27,218 bases of DNA from a bacterium (GTDB lineage Bacteria > SZUA-182 > DTGQ01): positions 1 to 27,218 of the forward strand of contig JBFMGO010000084.1 of NCBI GenBank assembly GCA_040752695.1, in the 5' to 3' direction. Below are positions 16,851 through 26,476 of the stretch, in pieces. Made by a program: the position numbers and the translations under genes. The notes beneath the pieces were generated by a model. The model was not told the origin of the DNA and made no database searches. It saw only the letters and a program-made list of their open reading frames with translations. Each line of letters starts with the position of its first letter. The stretch's first letter is position 1.

Positions 16851-17675
16851 TTAATCCACCTTGAGGACTTTTCGCACCACCAGGCCAAAGGAGATGGCCA
16901 GAATGGGAAGCACCAGCAGCCAGTGCATGTTCCAGCCGAAGAGGATGCATTTGAAGTGTTTTGGCTGATAACCGATTTCAATGCTCTCAAGGAGCCCTTT
17001 TTTGGGGAGTGCAGGTTCAGCGGCATTGACAAAAGAGGCCCAGAATCCCTGCCTTATGAGCTCTGGGCAGAAAGGATCGGAGATCTTGCCGATGACGATC
17101 TCTTTGGTGTAATTCTCGTCGCAGGTCTGAATGCCTATCCGATACTTACCCGCTTCGGATGCCCGCAATTGCCAGCTTACTTCGTTTTCCCCTCCAAGGC
17201 GAAGAGCAGGCGTAAGCGCCTCGAATCCTTCGGGCAGGGTAAGCAGCGGGTCGGGACGCCGGTCAGCGTTCTGACCATAAGTGACTTTTACATCGAATGG
17301 TTCCCCAGGCATGATGGGATCATACCCATAGCGCAGGTTTATCTGAGAGAGTGTGACCAGAAATAAGAGAATAACAGGAACCGCTCCTTGCGTATTATAG
17401 GCGATATACCGGAAATTATTTTTCAGAATTTCCTTCTGGGCTTTTAATACTTCACGGAAATCGTCTTTGTAGATCCTGATTTCCAGAAAATGGATCTTGA
17501 TCTGGTTTTTTACCGCTTTAATTTTTTTCTGGTTGGATACATATTTGAAGATAATGACAACAATCGTGCCCATGACAAAACAGATAGCCATAAAACCCCA
17601 AAAGGGTTCAAGGCTTTGAAAGGGCATGGCTACCAGATCCAGAAATTGCCCGATGAATTGTAAAATTGTCAGCAT
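16851..17675 (-). CDS. Membrane protein, DUF106/EMC3/TMCO1 (Oxa1 superfamily)-like, with an inserted soluble beta domain
   Basis: TM1, K-rich coiled coil (SNQKKIKAVKNQIK...KAQKEILK), TM2, about 120-aa loop, C-terminal W..HWL......FG..VRK.LKV TM. Confidence 0.6.
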   Translation of the reverse strand: MLTILQFIGQFLDLVAMPFQSLEPFWGFMAICFVMGTIVVIIFKYVSNQKKIKAVKNQIKIHFLEIRIYKDDFREVLKAQKEILKNNFRYIAYNTQGAVPVILLFLVTLSQINLRYGYDPIMPGEPFDVKVTYGQNADRRPDPLLTLPEGFEALTPALRLGGENEVSWQLRASEAGKYRIGIQTCDENYTKEIVIGKISDPFCPELIRQGFWASFVNAAEPALPKKGLLESIEIGYQPKHFKCILFGWNMHWLLVLPILAISFGLVVRKVLKVD

Positions 17676-17759
17676 GATGGCCTCATACTCTGTAAAATAA
17701 ATATAGGTTGCCCTTTTACAGGGAATTCTACCTTATGTGAGCCTGAGCATAGTCTTATG

Positions 17760-17954
17760 TCAGGAGATATAGCCAAGCCCTTGTAATTTTTTCTTCAGAT
17801 CTTCCTGCGACTCAGAAGACTCGTCCTCTTCCCGCATTTCTTTTTCCAGCACATGGCTAATGAATTCTTCGACTGAAGAATACCCTTTTCGGCTTGCATA
17901 TTCTTCGGCACGATTCAATAAGTCCTTATCGATTTTTACCTTACTCCCGAACAT
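17760..17954 (-). CDS. Small CopG/RHH-like protein ending in an L..LGY motif
   Basis: AAGGAG RBS; KVKIDKDLLNRAE..A...GYSSVEEFI.HVLEK then EDLKKKLQGLGYIS. Confidence 0.8.
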   Translation of the reverse strand: MFGSKVKIDKDLLNRAEEYASRKGYSSVEEFISHVLEKEMREEDESSESQEDLKKKLQGLGYIS

Positions 17955-18111
17955 ACTGAAAACTCCTTATTTAACTGATTATTCCTTTGATTCTGCTGGT
18001 AATAACTGGAGATAACTTTTCCACAAATAGTATTGACGATAAGGTCTATCTCCTTATCTATAGGTGACTTACTCCCTACCGTGTCCACCAAGGCGTTATA
18101 TCTCCCGCAAT

Positions 18112-20190
18112 CTAAAATATCACCCTGCCGGTCATTTTCGGTTGCTTTTTCATCTTGAATTCGTTGAGGATCGTAGGAGCCAGATCGATAATGGCCGGAT
18201 CATCGACCTTGATCTTCTTATTGGCCAGAACAATCCCCGGTACCAGTTGGCCGGCTATGCAGTGATCGCCGCTCCACTTGCTCGTGTTGTCGCCCAGGAT
18301 ATCCGCAGGCGCCTGTCCCAGGGCTGTCCACCACGAAGCGCGGTATCCCCGGTTGTAGCCGATGATCAGGTCAGGGGCTTTATCCCGGTATTCCCCCTGA
18401 TAGGCTGTCGCCGGTACATCCACGTAGCTGATAACCTGCTGGCCGTTGTTCGGGTCGCGGTAATTCAAAAGTCCCTGCCGGATTTCTTCGAGCAGCGCCT
18501 TGGCTCCTTGGCCAGGATCGACGATTCCATGACCTTCCCTTCCCTTGAGATTGAGATAAAGGGCGTTCAAGCCCATGGCGTAGGCTTTGGTGCGCTTCCA
18601 GTTCACATTTTCGAAAAACTCGCCACTTGTCCTTTTATATTCATCGACATAGGCCATATATCCATTCCGGTGCAGCCAGGTGTTCAGGTTAAAATATCGG
18701 CGATAGCTCGTAAATCCATGGTCTGAAAGGATCAAAAGGGTAGTGCCCGGGTCCATCTCTTTCATGGTTTCACCCACGATTTTATCCATCTTCCGATACA
18801 GTTCAGGAATGACCTGGCCGTACTTTTTGTTATTCTCCTCGGTATATCCGGGGAACTGGGGGTCCATACAGCCGGTAAACATGTGCTGGATGGTGTCGGT
18901 AGCGGAAAAGTAACAGAACAAAAGTCCTGTTTTTTGTTTTTTCAGGTTGGCCAGCTCCAGTCTGTACATTCTCATCCGCTCGGCTTGTGAGACTTCGCTC
19001 TGCTGCAGGAACTCCTCCTCATTCAGCCGTTCTTCATTCAAGGCCCAGGTATCCTCCGGTATCCCCTGCGTGTGAAACAGGCCGATTTTCTCTGCCAGTT
19101 CCCTGGCGTAGTCTTCAGGGCAGGAAATAGTGAAGGGGGGCTCACGAGGATCGACATTGACCGGGCTTAAATAGAGTTGGAACACGGGGCGCACCTGCTT
19201 GAGATAAAAGCGGCCAATGCCTGCGGCTTTGGAGAAACTCATCTTAAAGGTCAGCGGAAGCCATCCGGACCAATCTCCCTCTTTCAGAATAAGGTTTTGA
19301 TCGCCGAACTTGAGTCTGGCTATAGGATTTTTCGGATCGAGCGTGATCGTTAACGGTATTTTGGATATTGGGCGATCTTCCTTGAAGGTATTGACCGGTC
19401 CCTGGATCTCGGTTTCAATTGTATTGTTTTTGACCTCTACCTGATAAACCCTGCCACCCTGTTCTTCTCCTCCCTCACCGGCTTTCGAAGTATAGAATTG
19501 AAAAGTTCCATAGGTGCCGATGAGGTCCGGAGTTCCCATCCCGCTCAAGGATTTACCCTTATGCTGCACCGGCGGGAAATTGGAGGGAACCTGAAGAATC
19601 GTGGATGAGATACCACCCTCATCCAGGTATTCCCAGAAGGTTTTCCCTTTCCGGTAAAGCTTTGCCTCTACCTTGGAAACAGGAATAACCCAACGCAAAA
19701 GAGGGATGGTTATTTCCTTTTTGGGAGGGCAGATCTCGCCAATGGAAAGGTATGGCAGGTAGGTATTGGGATCTCTGGCAATAAAGTCGTAAATATTGGT
19801 GCCTCCGGGATCCTGACCGGTGATGAAGGTGGCCCAGGCGACCGGGCTTTGGGGTGGAATCGTGGTAGCAAGGGGCTTGAAATCACCGGTTTCGGCCAGC
19901 TTTTTGAAATTGGGGAGCATCCCAGCGTCCATATATTGTCGTAATAATTGCGGATCCATACCATCGAATCCCAGGACAATCATTTTAGTGCCGGCCTCGG
20001 CCACCGCCGTAGTGCAGGACCAGGCAAAGGAGAGCAACAACCCAAAGAGCACTGCCAGTATGATCAACCTCTGAAGTATGAGGTGTGATTGTTCCTGTTT
20101 TTTGATGAATCTATCTCTTTTCATACCTTTCCTCTCAATCGAAAGCTTTTCCTCGCCTTCTCTTCGAATCACAATCTTTTCCTCAATCAA
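18112..20190 (-). CDS. Alkaline phosphatase superfamily (type I phosphodiesterase/NPP-like) protein, exported; start may be downstream
   Basis: VLGFDGMD, TTIPPQSPVAW (Ser nucleophile position), D.IQHMF, LSDHGF, APDLI.GY..GYR, WSGDHC, IIDLAPTIL. Confidence 0.9.
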   Translation of the reverse strand: MIEEKIVIRREGEEKLSIERKGMKRDRFIKKQEQSHLILQRLIILAVLFGLLLSFAWSCTTAVAEAGTKMIVLGFDGMDPQLLRQYMDAGMLPNFKKLAETGDFKPLATTIPPQSPVAWATFITGQDPGGTNIYDFIARDPNTYLPYLSIGEICPPKKEITIPLLRWVIPVSKVEAKLYRKGKTFWEYLDEGGISSTILQVPSNFPPVQHKGKSLSGMGTPDLIGTYGTFQFYTSKAGEGGEEQGGRVYQVEVKNNTIETEIQGPVNTFKEDRPISKIPLTITLDPKNPIARLKFGDQNLILKEGDWSGWLPLTFKMSFSKAAGIGRFYLKQVRPVFQLYLSPVNVDPREPPFTISCPEDYARELAEKIGLFHTQGIPEDTWALNEERLNEEEFLQQSEVSQAERMRMYRLELANLKKQKTGLLFCYFSATDTIQHMFTGCMDPQFPGYTEENNKKYGQVIPELYRKMDKIVGETMKEMDPGTTLLILSDHGFTSYRRYFNLNTWLHRNGYMAYVDEYKRTSGEFFENVNWKRTKAYAMGLNALYLNLKGREGHGIVDPGQGAKALLEEIRQGLLNYRDPNNGQQVISYVDVPATAYQGEYRDKAPDLIIGYNRGYRASWWTALGQAPADILGDNTSKWSGDHCIAGQLVPGIVLANKKIKVDDPAIIDLAPTILNEFKMKKQPKMTGRVIF

Positions 20191-22360
20191 AGAGCGGCTT
20201 TCCCTCTACTAAAGAAGGAGCTTGCAAATTGAATTCTCGTAAGATAGTTGGAGCGATATCAATTATACGGGGTGTGGCAGCCTTGATTTTCCGGCTGCAA
20301 AAAAGAACTCCCGGGACTGCCTCCGGATCAATGCAGTGATCGCCGCTCCAGCTCTTTGTATTATCTTCGAATATGACAGTATTGACCTTGCCCACCACTG
20401 AGTCCCAGGACATCCGGTATCCTTTTGCATAACCGATGACCAGGTCCGGGCCATTATCGGTATACGGTCCCTGATAAATGCTCTTGCAATCGTACACCTG
20501 ATTGATGGCGACTTTCCCTTCGTCCTTGTCCATCAGCCCGGTCAGCCGGAGCGAAATTTCTTCCTTCAATCGCTTGAATTCAGCGCCCGGCTGAACAATG
20601 CCTCTGGACTCCCGGCCCTTGAGATTGACGAATATCCCTCCAAGACCCAGCGCATAGGCCTGCGTTTTTGACCAGTCCACCTGGCTGAACCATTCACCGC
20701 TCTCTTTGGCCCCTTCCTTCAGGGCAAGGAACCGGTTCAGGTAGAGCCAGGAATTCAGGTTGACGCAACGGCGGAACGACTTAAACCCATGGTCGGACAT
20801 GACGATTAAAAGGGTATCGCGGTCGATTTTCTGGCGCACCCGGCCCAGGAGATCATCCATGTTTCGATATAACTCTTCGATGGTGTTTTCATATCCCGGA
20901 TCGCCAGCCACCTGGTGAGTGGGGTGATCCTTTTCCAGATAGCGCCAGAACATGTGCTGAATTCGGTCTGTGGTGTCGAAGACGCAGGCGCATACCCCTT
21001 TGCGCACCTTGTCGAGCTCGTGGAAGAACATCTTTTCCCGCTCTTTATGATTTGCATAGGCCTGGTCAAGAAAGCTTTTTTCATTCAAAACCCGCTCGTT
21101 CAATGCCCAGGTATCTTCAGCCAGGCCCAGCGTGGCATAGCTATTTATAACCTTTGACAGATACATGGCGTAGACGAAGGGGTGTGAAATCGGCAGCACC
21201 GGCTTTTCAGGATCGATATTGATGGGAGTTACATACATTTCAAATTCCGGCGTTATTCTTTGAATCAGAAAGCGGCAGATACCGGATATTTTTTTTCTGC
21301 CTATCGGGAAAGGAATCCGGATCCAGGGAGAGAACTCTCCCTGCTTCAGGGAGAATTTCTGGCCCGCTATCTGTAACTCTGCATCATAGCCACCTTCAGT
21401 TCCGCCCCTTTCAGCTCCACCACCTTTCGTTCCGGCGCCGTTCGTTCCGGCATTCTTGCCGCCGGCATTCCTGGACAGGAACACCTCGAAGGGAATCCGG
21501 CTTTCCGGCGAGCCTTTCTTTTGTGGATCTTCCGGTCCATAGAGGAAGGAGGAGATTTTCCCTCCCTGGTTCACAACCTTGAAACAGACCCCACCCGTGC
21601 GCTTTTGCAGCAGGTCGTCACAGGTGGTATAAAAACTGAAAGTTCCTTGAGTCCCTTTCAAATCAGGGACACACATGGCAGACAGAAGCCTGCCGGCAAA
21701 CTTTACTGGTGGAAAAGTGATCGGTACCCGGATAATGGAGCTGCAAATGCCGACGTCTCCCAGAATTTCCCAGAAGGCCCGGCCCTTTTTCAGTGACTTG
21801 ATTTTCGGCCCGCTCAACTTCCCGGCAGATTTTTGGATGTCCACCGAAGAGAGGATCGGCAGGTAGGTTTTTACATCGCGGGTGAAGAAGTCAAAAATAG
21901 CGTGCCTGGCAGGAGTCATGCCAGTAGCAAAGGAAGACCAGGCCACTGGAGAAATGGCCGGGCAGGTAGTCTGAAGCCTGCTGTAGCTGCCCTCTTCCTT
22001 CAGTGCAGAAAAATGCGGCAAAATGCCCTTTTGCATATACTGTTCAGTCAGGACCGGATCGAGGCCGTCAAGTCCCAGGATCACTACCTTCCTGGTTTTG
22101 CTGTGGGAATTTTTATCAAAATATTGCCTGTACTTGAATCTGCGCTTGACAGACTGCCAAAAGAGCCGTACAGGCCAGAACAGAATGATTAAAAATGCAA
22201 GAAGAAACGTAGCCAAAAGAATGAAGAACGAACTGAAGAACGCTATCCCGGCTCCCGGGCCAATATAAGCGGATGCATCCCGAACCAGGACAGGAAAAAA
22301 GAGAACCACCGCTGCCAGCAGCCAGACTGCAACAACCATAGAGCTTTTTAATTTTTTCAC
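20183..22360 (-). CDS. Alkaline phosphatase superfamily (NPP-like) protein, membrane-anchored paralog with AYIGPG N-terminus
   Basis: Signal peptide, ASAYIGPGAG plus TM, ILGLDGLD, TTCPAISPVAW, DRIQHMFW, MSDHGF, WSGDHC. Confidence 0.9.
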   Translation of the reverse strand: MKKLKSSMVVAVWLLAAVVLFFPVLVRDASAYIGPGAGIAFFSSFFILLATFLLAFLIILFWPVRLFWQSVKRRFKYRQYFDKNSHSKTRKVVILGLDGLDPVLTEQYMQKGILPHFSALKEEGSYSRLQTTCPAISPVAWSSFATGMTPARHAIFDFFTRDVKTYLPILSSVDIQKSAGKLSGPKIKSLKKGRAFWEILGDVGICSSIIRVPITFPPVKFAGRLLSAMCVPDLKGTQGTFSFYTTCDDLLQKRTGGVCFKVVNQGGKISSFLYGPEDPQKKGSPESRIPFEVFLSRNAGGKNAGTNGAGTKGGGAERGGTEGGYDAELQIAGQKFSLKQGEFSPWIRIPFPIGRKKISGICRFLIQRITPEFEMYVTPINIDPEKPVLPISHPFVYAMYLSKVINSYATLGLAEDTWALNERVLNEKSFLDQAYANHKEREKMFFHELDKVRKGVCACVFDTTDRIQHMFWRYLEKDHPTHQVAGDPGYENTIEELYRNMDDLLGRVRQKIDRDTLLIVMSDHGFKSFRRCVNLNSWLYLNRFLALKEGAKESGEWFSQVDWSKTQAYALGLGGIFVNLKGRESRGIVQPGAEFKRLKEEISLRLTGLMDKDEGKVAINQVYDCKSIYQGPYTDNGPDLVIGYAKGYRMSWDSVVGKVNTVIFEDNTKSWSGDHCIDPEAVPGVLFCSRKIKAATPRIIDIAPTILREFNLQAPSLVEGKPLFD

Positions 22361-22422
22361 CGCATCTCCATGAATTTTTTAGCCTCAAAACTCTTATTTT
22401 CTTGGAACTTGTAATAAGAATA

Positions 22423-22450
22423 AGTTTACCCTGTTTTTCGCCTGTGTCAA
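22423..22450 (-). promoter_or_regulatory. Candidate sigma70 promoter for the AlkP operon
   Basis: Minus strand TTGACA-16 bp-TAAACT, about 60 bp upstream of the start. Confidence 0.5.
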
Positions 22451-22532
22451 ATTACCGAACTGAAAGCTTTTTAAGATGAGAAACGGGGTCACGATGGGGC
22501 AAGAGGGGCAAGAAAAAAGTGGAGCGGAGAAA

Positions 22533-23783
22533 TTATATTTCCATCTTTTTAGGAACCACTACGATTCCTGATGTGGTTACCGTATATTTCTTAGCATCCT
22601 CTTCCAGATTATAGCCAATGGTCGTATTGGGAGGAATCATAACTTCTTTATCAATGATTGCATTTCGAATCCTGGAATACCGCCCAACCTCGACCCCTTC
22701 CATCAGGACTGACCGATAGATATAGGAGTAGCTGTGTATATGCACATTCTGTGACAAAATCGAATTCTGAACCCGGCCACCACTGAGAATGCAGCCGTTT
22801 GAAATAAGGGAATCTACTGCTACTCCGAAGCGGGGCTCATGCCGCTCGCCATCACCAAACTCCTCGGCAAACACAGTCTTGGCGGGGGGAGCCTGCAGGT
22901 GATGAGTTCGGATGGGCCAGTCCCGGTCATAAAGGTTAAAATGCGGATTCACGGATACCAGATCCATATTGGCCTCCCAATAGGCATCGATGGTTCCTAC
23001 ATCTCTCCAGTATTTTGCATGCTTTTTATTCTCATCCTTAAAATTATAGGCAACCACATGGTGAGTGGGAATAGACATAGGGATGATATTCTTGCCAAAA
23101 TCATGTTCCGATTCTCTCCAGGCATCTTCCTTCAGGACATCCCGAAGCACTTCAGTGGAAAATACATACACTCCCATGGAAGCGAAACAGAGATTGGGAT
23201 CATTGGGCAGTGTTTTGGGTTCGCGGGGCTTTTCCTCGAAACCGATAATCTTGTTGTCAGCATTGATCTGGACAATCCCCAATTGCAGGGCAGCCTGCGA
23301 TTTTTCCACCTCTATGGCGGCTACGGTGACATCTGCCTTCTTGTCAATGTGGTACTGGATCATTTCTGCATAATTCATCTTGTAAATGTGATCACCGGAA
23401 AGGATAAGGACATATTCAGGATTCTCTTCGCTGAGGGTATAAAGGTTCTGAAAAATGGCATTGGCTGTTCCCTGATACCAGTTTTCATCAATTCGCATTT
23501 GAGGTGGAATCGAGATGATGAATTCTCCGAGCTCCGGAGAGAAAATGTTCCAGCCCAGCCGGAGATGGCGCTCGAGAGATTCGTATTTATATTGGGGTAA
23601 TATATAGATGCGGCGAAGGTTAGAATTGATGCAATTACTCAGGGTAATGTCGATGATCCGGTATATACCGCCAAAAGGTACCGCCGGTTTGGCTCGATCT
23701 CTGGTCAATGGATAAAGCCGTTTGCCCACGCCTCCAGCCAGAATATAGGTTAAAATCTTTCTTAAATTCACTCCGAACCTCAC
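22533..23783 (-). CDS. glgC: Glucose-1-phosphate adenylyltransferase
   Basis: LAGG.G.RL.PLT.DRAKPAVPFGG.YRIID, WYQGTANA, LSGDHIYKM, ASMG.Y.F, DFGKNIIP, YWRDVGT. Confidence 0.98.
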   Translation of the reverse strand: MRFGVNLRKILTYILAGGVGKRLYPLTRDRAKPAVPFGGIYRIIDITLSNCINSNLRRIYILPQYKYESLERHLRLGWNIFSPELGEFIISIPPQMRIDENWYQGTANAIFQNLYTLSEENPEYVLILSGDHIYKMNYAEMIQYHIDKKADVTVAAIEVEKSQAALQLGIVQINADNKIIGFEEKPREPKTLPNDPNLCFASMGVYVFSTEVLRDVLKEDAWRESEHDFGKNIIPMSIPTHHVVAYNFKDENKKHAKYWRDVGTIDAYWEANMDLVSVNPHFNLYDRDWPIRTHHLQAPPAKTVFAEEFGDGERHEPRFGVAVDSLISNGCILSGGRVQNSILSQNVHIHSYSYIYRSVLMEGVEVGRYSRIRNAIIDKEVMIPPNTTIGYNLEEDAKKYTVTTSGIVVVPKKMEI

Positions 23784-23894
23784 TCTCCTGCATGTAAGTA
23801 TTCAATCAATTGTGGCCAACTTCCTAAGAAGGCCACAGGGATTTTTCAAAGGATTCCCATTTTTTTCTATAACCTTATCACATGCGCAGAACTC

Positions 23895-23924
23895 ATTTTA
23901 CCACAAGAGAAAAGACTCCTGCAA
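23895..23924 (-). promoter_or_regulatory. Candidate sigma70 promoter for glgC
   Basis: Minus strand TTGCAG-18 bp-TAAAAT with extended -10 TG. Confidence 0.45.
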
Positions 23925-24010
23925 GGGAAAATCTCTGGCTCAGGACGAGGGGTAATTCGATCTGCCTGTTTTTACGGCGATTTCGAGATGATCACGAGGC
24001 AATATCGAGA

Positions 24011-26332
24011 TCATGGCCTTAGACTGGCGATAAAACACCCGAACGTATTTTTACCGGATGAATCCTTGGCTGTGCCCGGTATCGCAATCGAAATATCCCT
24101 TCGAAACAGAATGGGAGGATCGGATGCATCATAGACGGTAATGATATAGATATATTTCGTATTTTCCTGGACCTGGTGATCGGTATAGGCAATAACAGAT
24201 GACGATTCTACTGGTGTTTCCTCACGAATAACGGATGACGATTCAGACCCTTCGATTTTTCTGTCAATCCGATAAGCCGCGATGCTTGAGTCAACCTCAA
24301 ATGAAACCTCAACCGAAAAAGGGGCGGCAGCGGTGTTGTATGCGGCCTTGAAGTTATGAAAAGGCAGAGGTTGAGTCGTTACCTGGATGATCTCCGAAGA
24401 GGAAATTTCTGTATTTTTGCTGATGAATTTCACCTGGTAAAGGTATGGTTGATTTTCGTCGAGGGAATGATCGCTGTCTTCCCAGGAATTGCTGTCCTGG
24501 TAGGGAGTGTCCTGATCGTTGCTGTCCCGATAAGGGAATGAAAACTCCTTCGATTGGAAAACCATCGTTTGATACTCCCCTTCTCGTCCCCGAAAGATCT
24601 GATAGTGGCCAGTTTCCCTGACGGGTTCAAAGACCAGTCGTACCGAGAGGTAGCGATCAGCGCTGATCGTCGAGGTGTAGTCCGTAATGCGGGGTGCAGA
24701 GGGTAAAGACCCAATGGGCACCGCTGTCAGGCAGTATCTGGATGTCTGCATATCCAAAGGGATGTTAATGGGGGAGGACAGATTGATGGGGATGATGACC
24801 AGCTTTGAATAGTCCGGGTTCTCCTGAAATGAGAAATCATACGTCCCGTCATGATTTGTACCTGGGGGAATGAGTTGAGGCGTACCGAACTGAGGAGAAG
24901 ATTCCGGCAAGGATCGATAGGAACCAGCCGGGATGGCCAGAGCGATAAGATCCGCCGGGCCCTCGTTATCGAAATGGATGCGAAGAGCTCCCGACGAAGG
25001 TTTCTCGAAAGGGACATATTGACAGCTCAAGGGTGCAAGTTGATTTGACAAGCTGTCATCATGGCGCGGGATAGGGTAGTTCTTTCCCTCCTCATAATCC
25101 CGGCGCAGGTTGGCCAGTTTAAAGTGAATAAATTCCTGAGTAAAGGACGTTTTTCCAGCCGTGAACTCTTTCACCGACTGATCGATAGCCATAAGAACAT
25201 TGTACGATGAGGGAAGAACCTGTTCGAAAATGGACTTAATCATATCGTTTCCAAAGCGCTCGGAGAGAAATTTAGCCCAGATGACCCCTCCGTATTCAAA
25301 GCCTGGGCAGGAAGAGCCTTTCCCGTACAGGGCCATCAGGGAGTCACCGGGATAGTCGAACCAGCCCTTATTTCGCGAACCAAACCCTTGAGCGGAAGAA
25401 AGCGTAAAATAGGGCTCGCCGGTATCCCACTGGCCGTTATCGTTTTCGTCCGTATAGGGCCAGCCAAGGTAGTTGCGGTGATCATCGACCGTGGGGTAAA
25501 CTGCATCTTCGATCCAGACGGCGGTATTTTCCTCCCACCATGTACTATCTACCGGCGACTTCGGCCAATGGTCATAGCCCGCCTGGACCACGTGAAAGAA
25601 TTCATGAGCTGCCGTTACCTTCATAGCCCCATTTTCCCATCCTTCCGGGTCAAGGTTTTCTCTGAAGCCAGAGTAATTATTCTTCACCATGATATACAGC
25701 CCGGCGCCATCGGCGCTGGTAACTCCATAGGCCTCGATTCCCAGGATGAAAACCTCGGTCTTTCCGCCACCGGCTGGACTGTAGTGCAGCGTATCGGTCA
25801 GGTAAGCATAAGCGTATTCAAAATAGCCTCCAAAATCGCTTACGTATTCAGGGACGGTCTCGGGATCTGCATCTGAATCCTCAACTGCATCTCCATAGTT
25901 GTTATCGAGGGTATAATAGAGGCGAAAATGCCCTTCCGGGGTATCATAATGCAGGGGTGTAAGCCCATAGTAATCCTTATCTCCGAAATCCGTAGGGCGG
26001 TGGAGGATGAACTGGTTTTCCGGGTTCAAGAGCTCTGGATGTTTCATCGCCTGCCGAAGCAAGGGGGTGGCGCATTTTCGTATGGATGACGATGGAAGGA
26101 GCAGGGAACCTGATCGCAGCACACTCTGCTTTTGCGGTCGGAAAAGGCTGGAAATTTCCCGGTTCAATTCCTCACGAAACAGTTCCGGTGATGATTGCTG
26201 CGCCTGCACGCTTTGGTTCGCACATGAGAGAAGAAGACAAAGGCCGGTGAGGAAAAACTTCAGATATCTAGCCTTGACTTTTAATGCTTGGGCGAAATTG
26301 TTCATGCCATTCCAGATAGTTCGAGTTGTCAT
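24011..26332 (-). CDS. Secreted zinc metalloprotease, MXAN_6640-like family, with FN3-like domains and C-terminal GCFI motif
   Basis: Signal peptide; KCATP, TPEGHFRLYYT, VPEYV, KVTAAHEFFHVVQ.GY, WWEE.TAVW.ED; ends FGCFIASLRP. Confidence 0.8.
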   Translation of the reverse strand: MTTRTIWNGMNNFAQALKVKARYLKFFLTGLCLLLSCANQSVQAQQSSPELFREELNREISSLFRPQKQSVLRSGSLLLPSSSIRKCATPLLRQAMKHPELLNPENQFILHRPTDFGDKDYYGLTPLHYDTPEGHFRLYYTLDNNYGDAVEDSDADPETVPEYVSDFGGYFEYAYAYLTDTLHYSPAGGGKTEVFILGIEAYGVTSADGAGLYIMVKNNYSGFRENLDPEGWENGAMKVTAAHEFFHVVQAGYDHWPKSPVDSTWWEENTAVWIEDAVYPTVDDHRNYLGWPYTDENDNGQWDTGEPYFTLSSAQGFGSRNKGWFDYPGDSLMALYGKGSSCPGFEYGGVIWAKFLSERFGNDMIKSIFEQVLPSSYNVLMAIDQSVKEFTAGKTSFTQEFIHFKLANLRRDYEEGKNYPIPRHDDSLSNQLAPLSCQYVPFEKPSSGALRIHFDNEGPADLIALAIPAGSYRSLPESSPQFGTPQLIPPGTNHDGTYDFSFQENPDYSKLVIIPINLSSPINIPLDMQTSRYCLTAVPIGSLPSAPRITDYTSTISADRYLSVRLVFEPVRETGHYQIFRGREGEYQTMVFQSKEFSFPYRDSNDQDTPYQDSNSWEDSDHSLDENQPYLYQVKFISKNTEISSSEIIQVTTQPLPFHNFKAAYNTAAAPFSVEVSFEVDSSIAAYRIDRKIEGSESSSVIREETPVESSSVIAYTDHQVQENTKYIYIITVYDASDPPILFRRDISIAIPGTAKDSSGKNTFGCFIASLRP

Positions 26333-26361
26333 GTCAAGATTACGGCTTACTGTTACAGACT

Positions 26362-26410
26362 GATCGAGGTTACGAACTCAAGATTACAGATCAAGGTTAG
26401 GAACTCAAGA
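26362..26410. repeat. Direct repeat, period 27
   Basis: GATCGAGGTTACGAACTCAAGA and GATCAAGGTTAGGAACTCAAGA. Confidence 0.8.
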
Positions 26411-26476
26411 ACGCCGTAATTGTTTATAGAAAACACAGGGAAATGAGCCGGTGATGCATAAAACTAAGGTATCCGT

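Noticed and set aside
18064..26363. Long plus-strand ORFs (e.g. 18064-18726, 22839-23600, 25388-25876)
   Set aside because: Antisense shadows of well-supported minus-strand genes.
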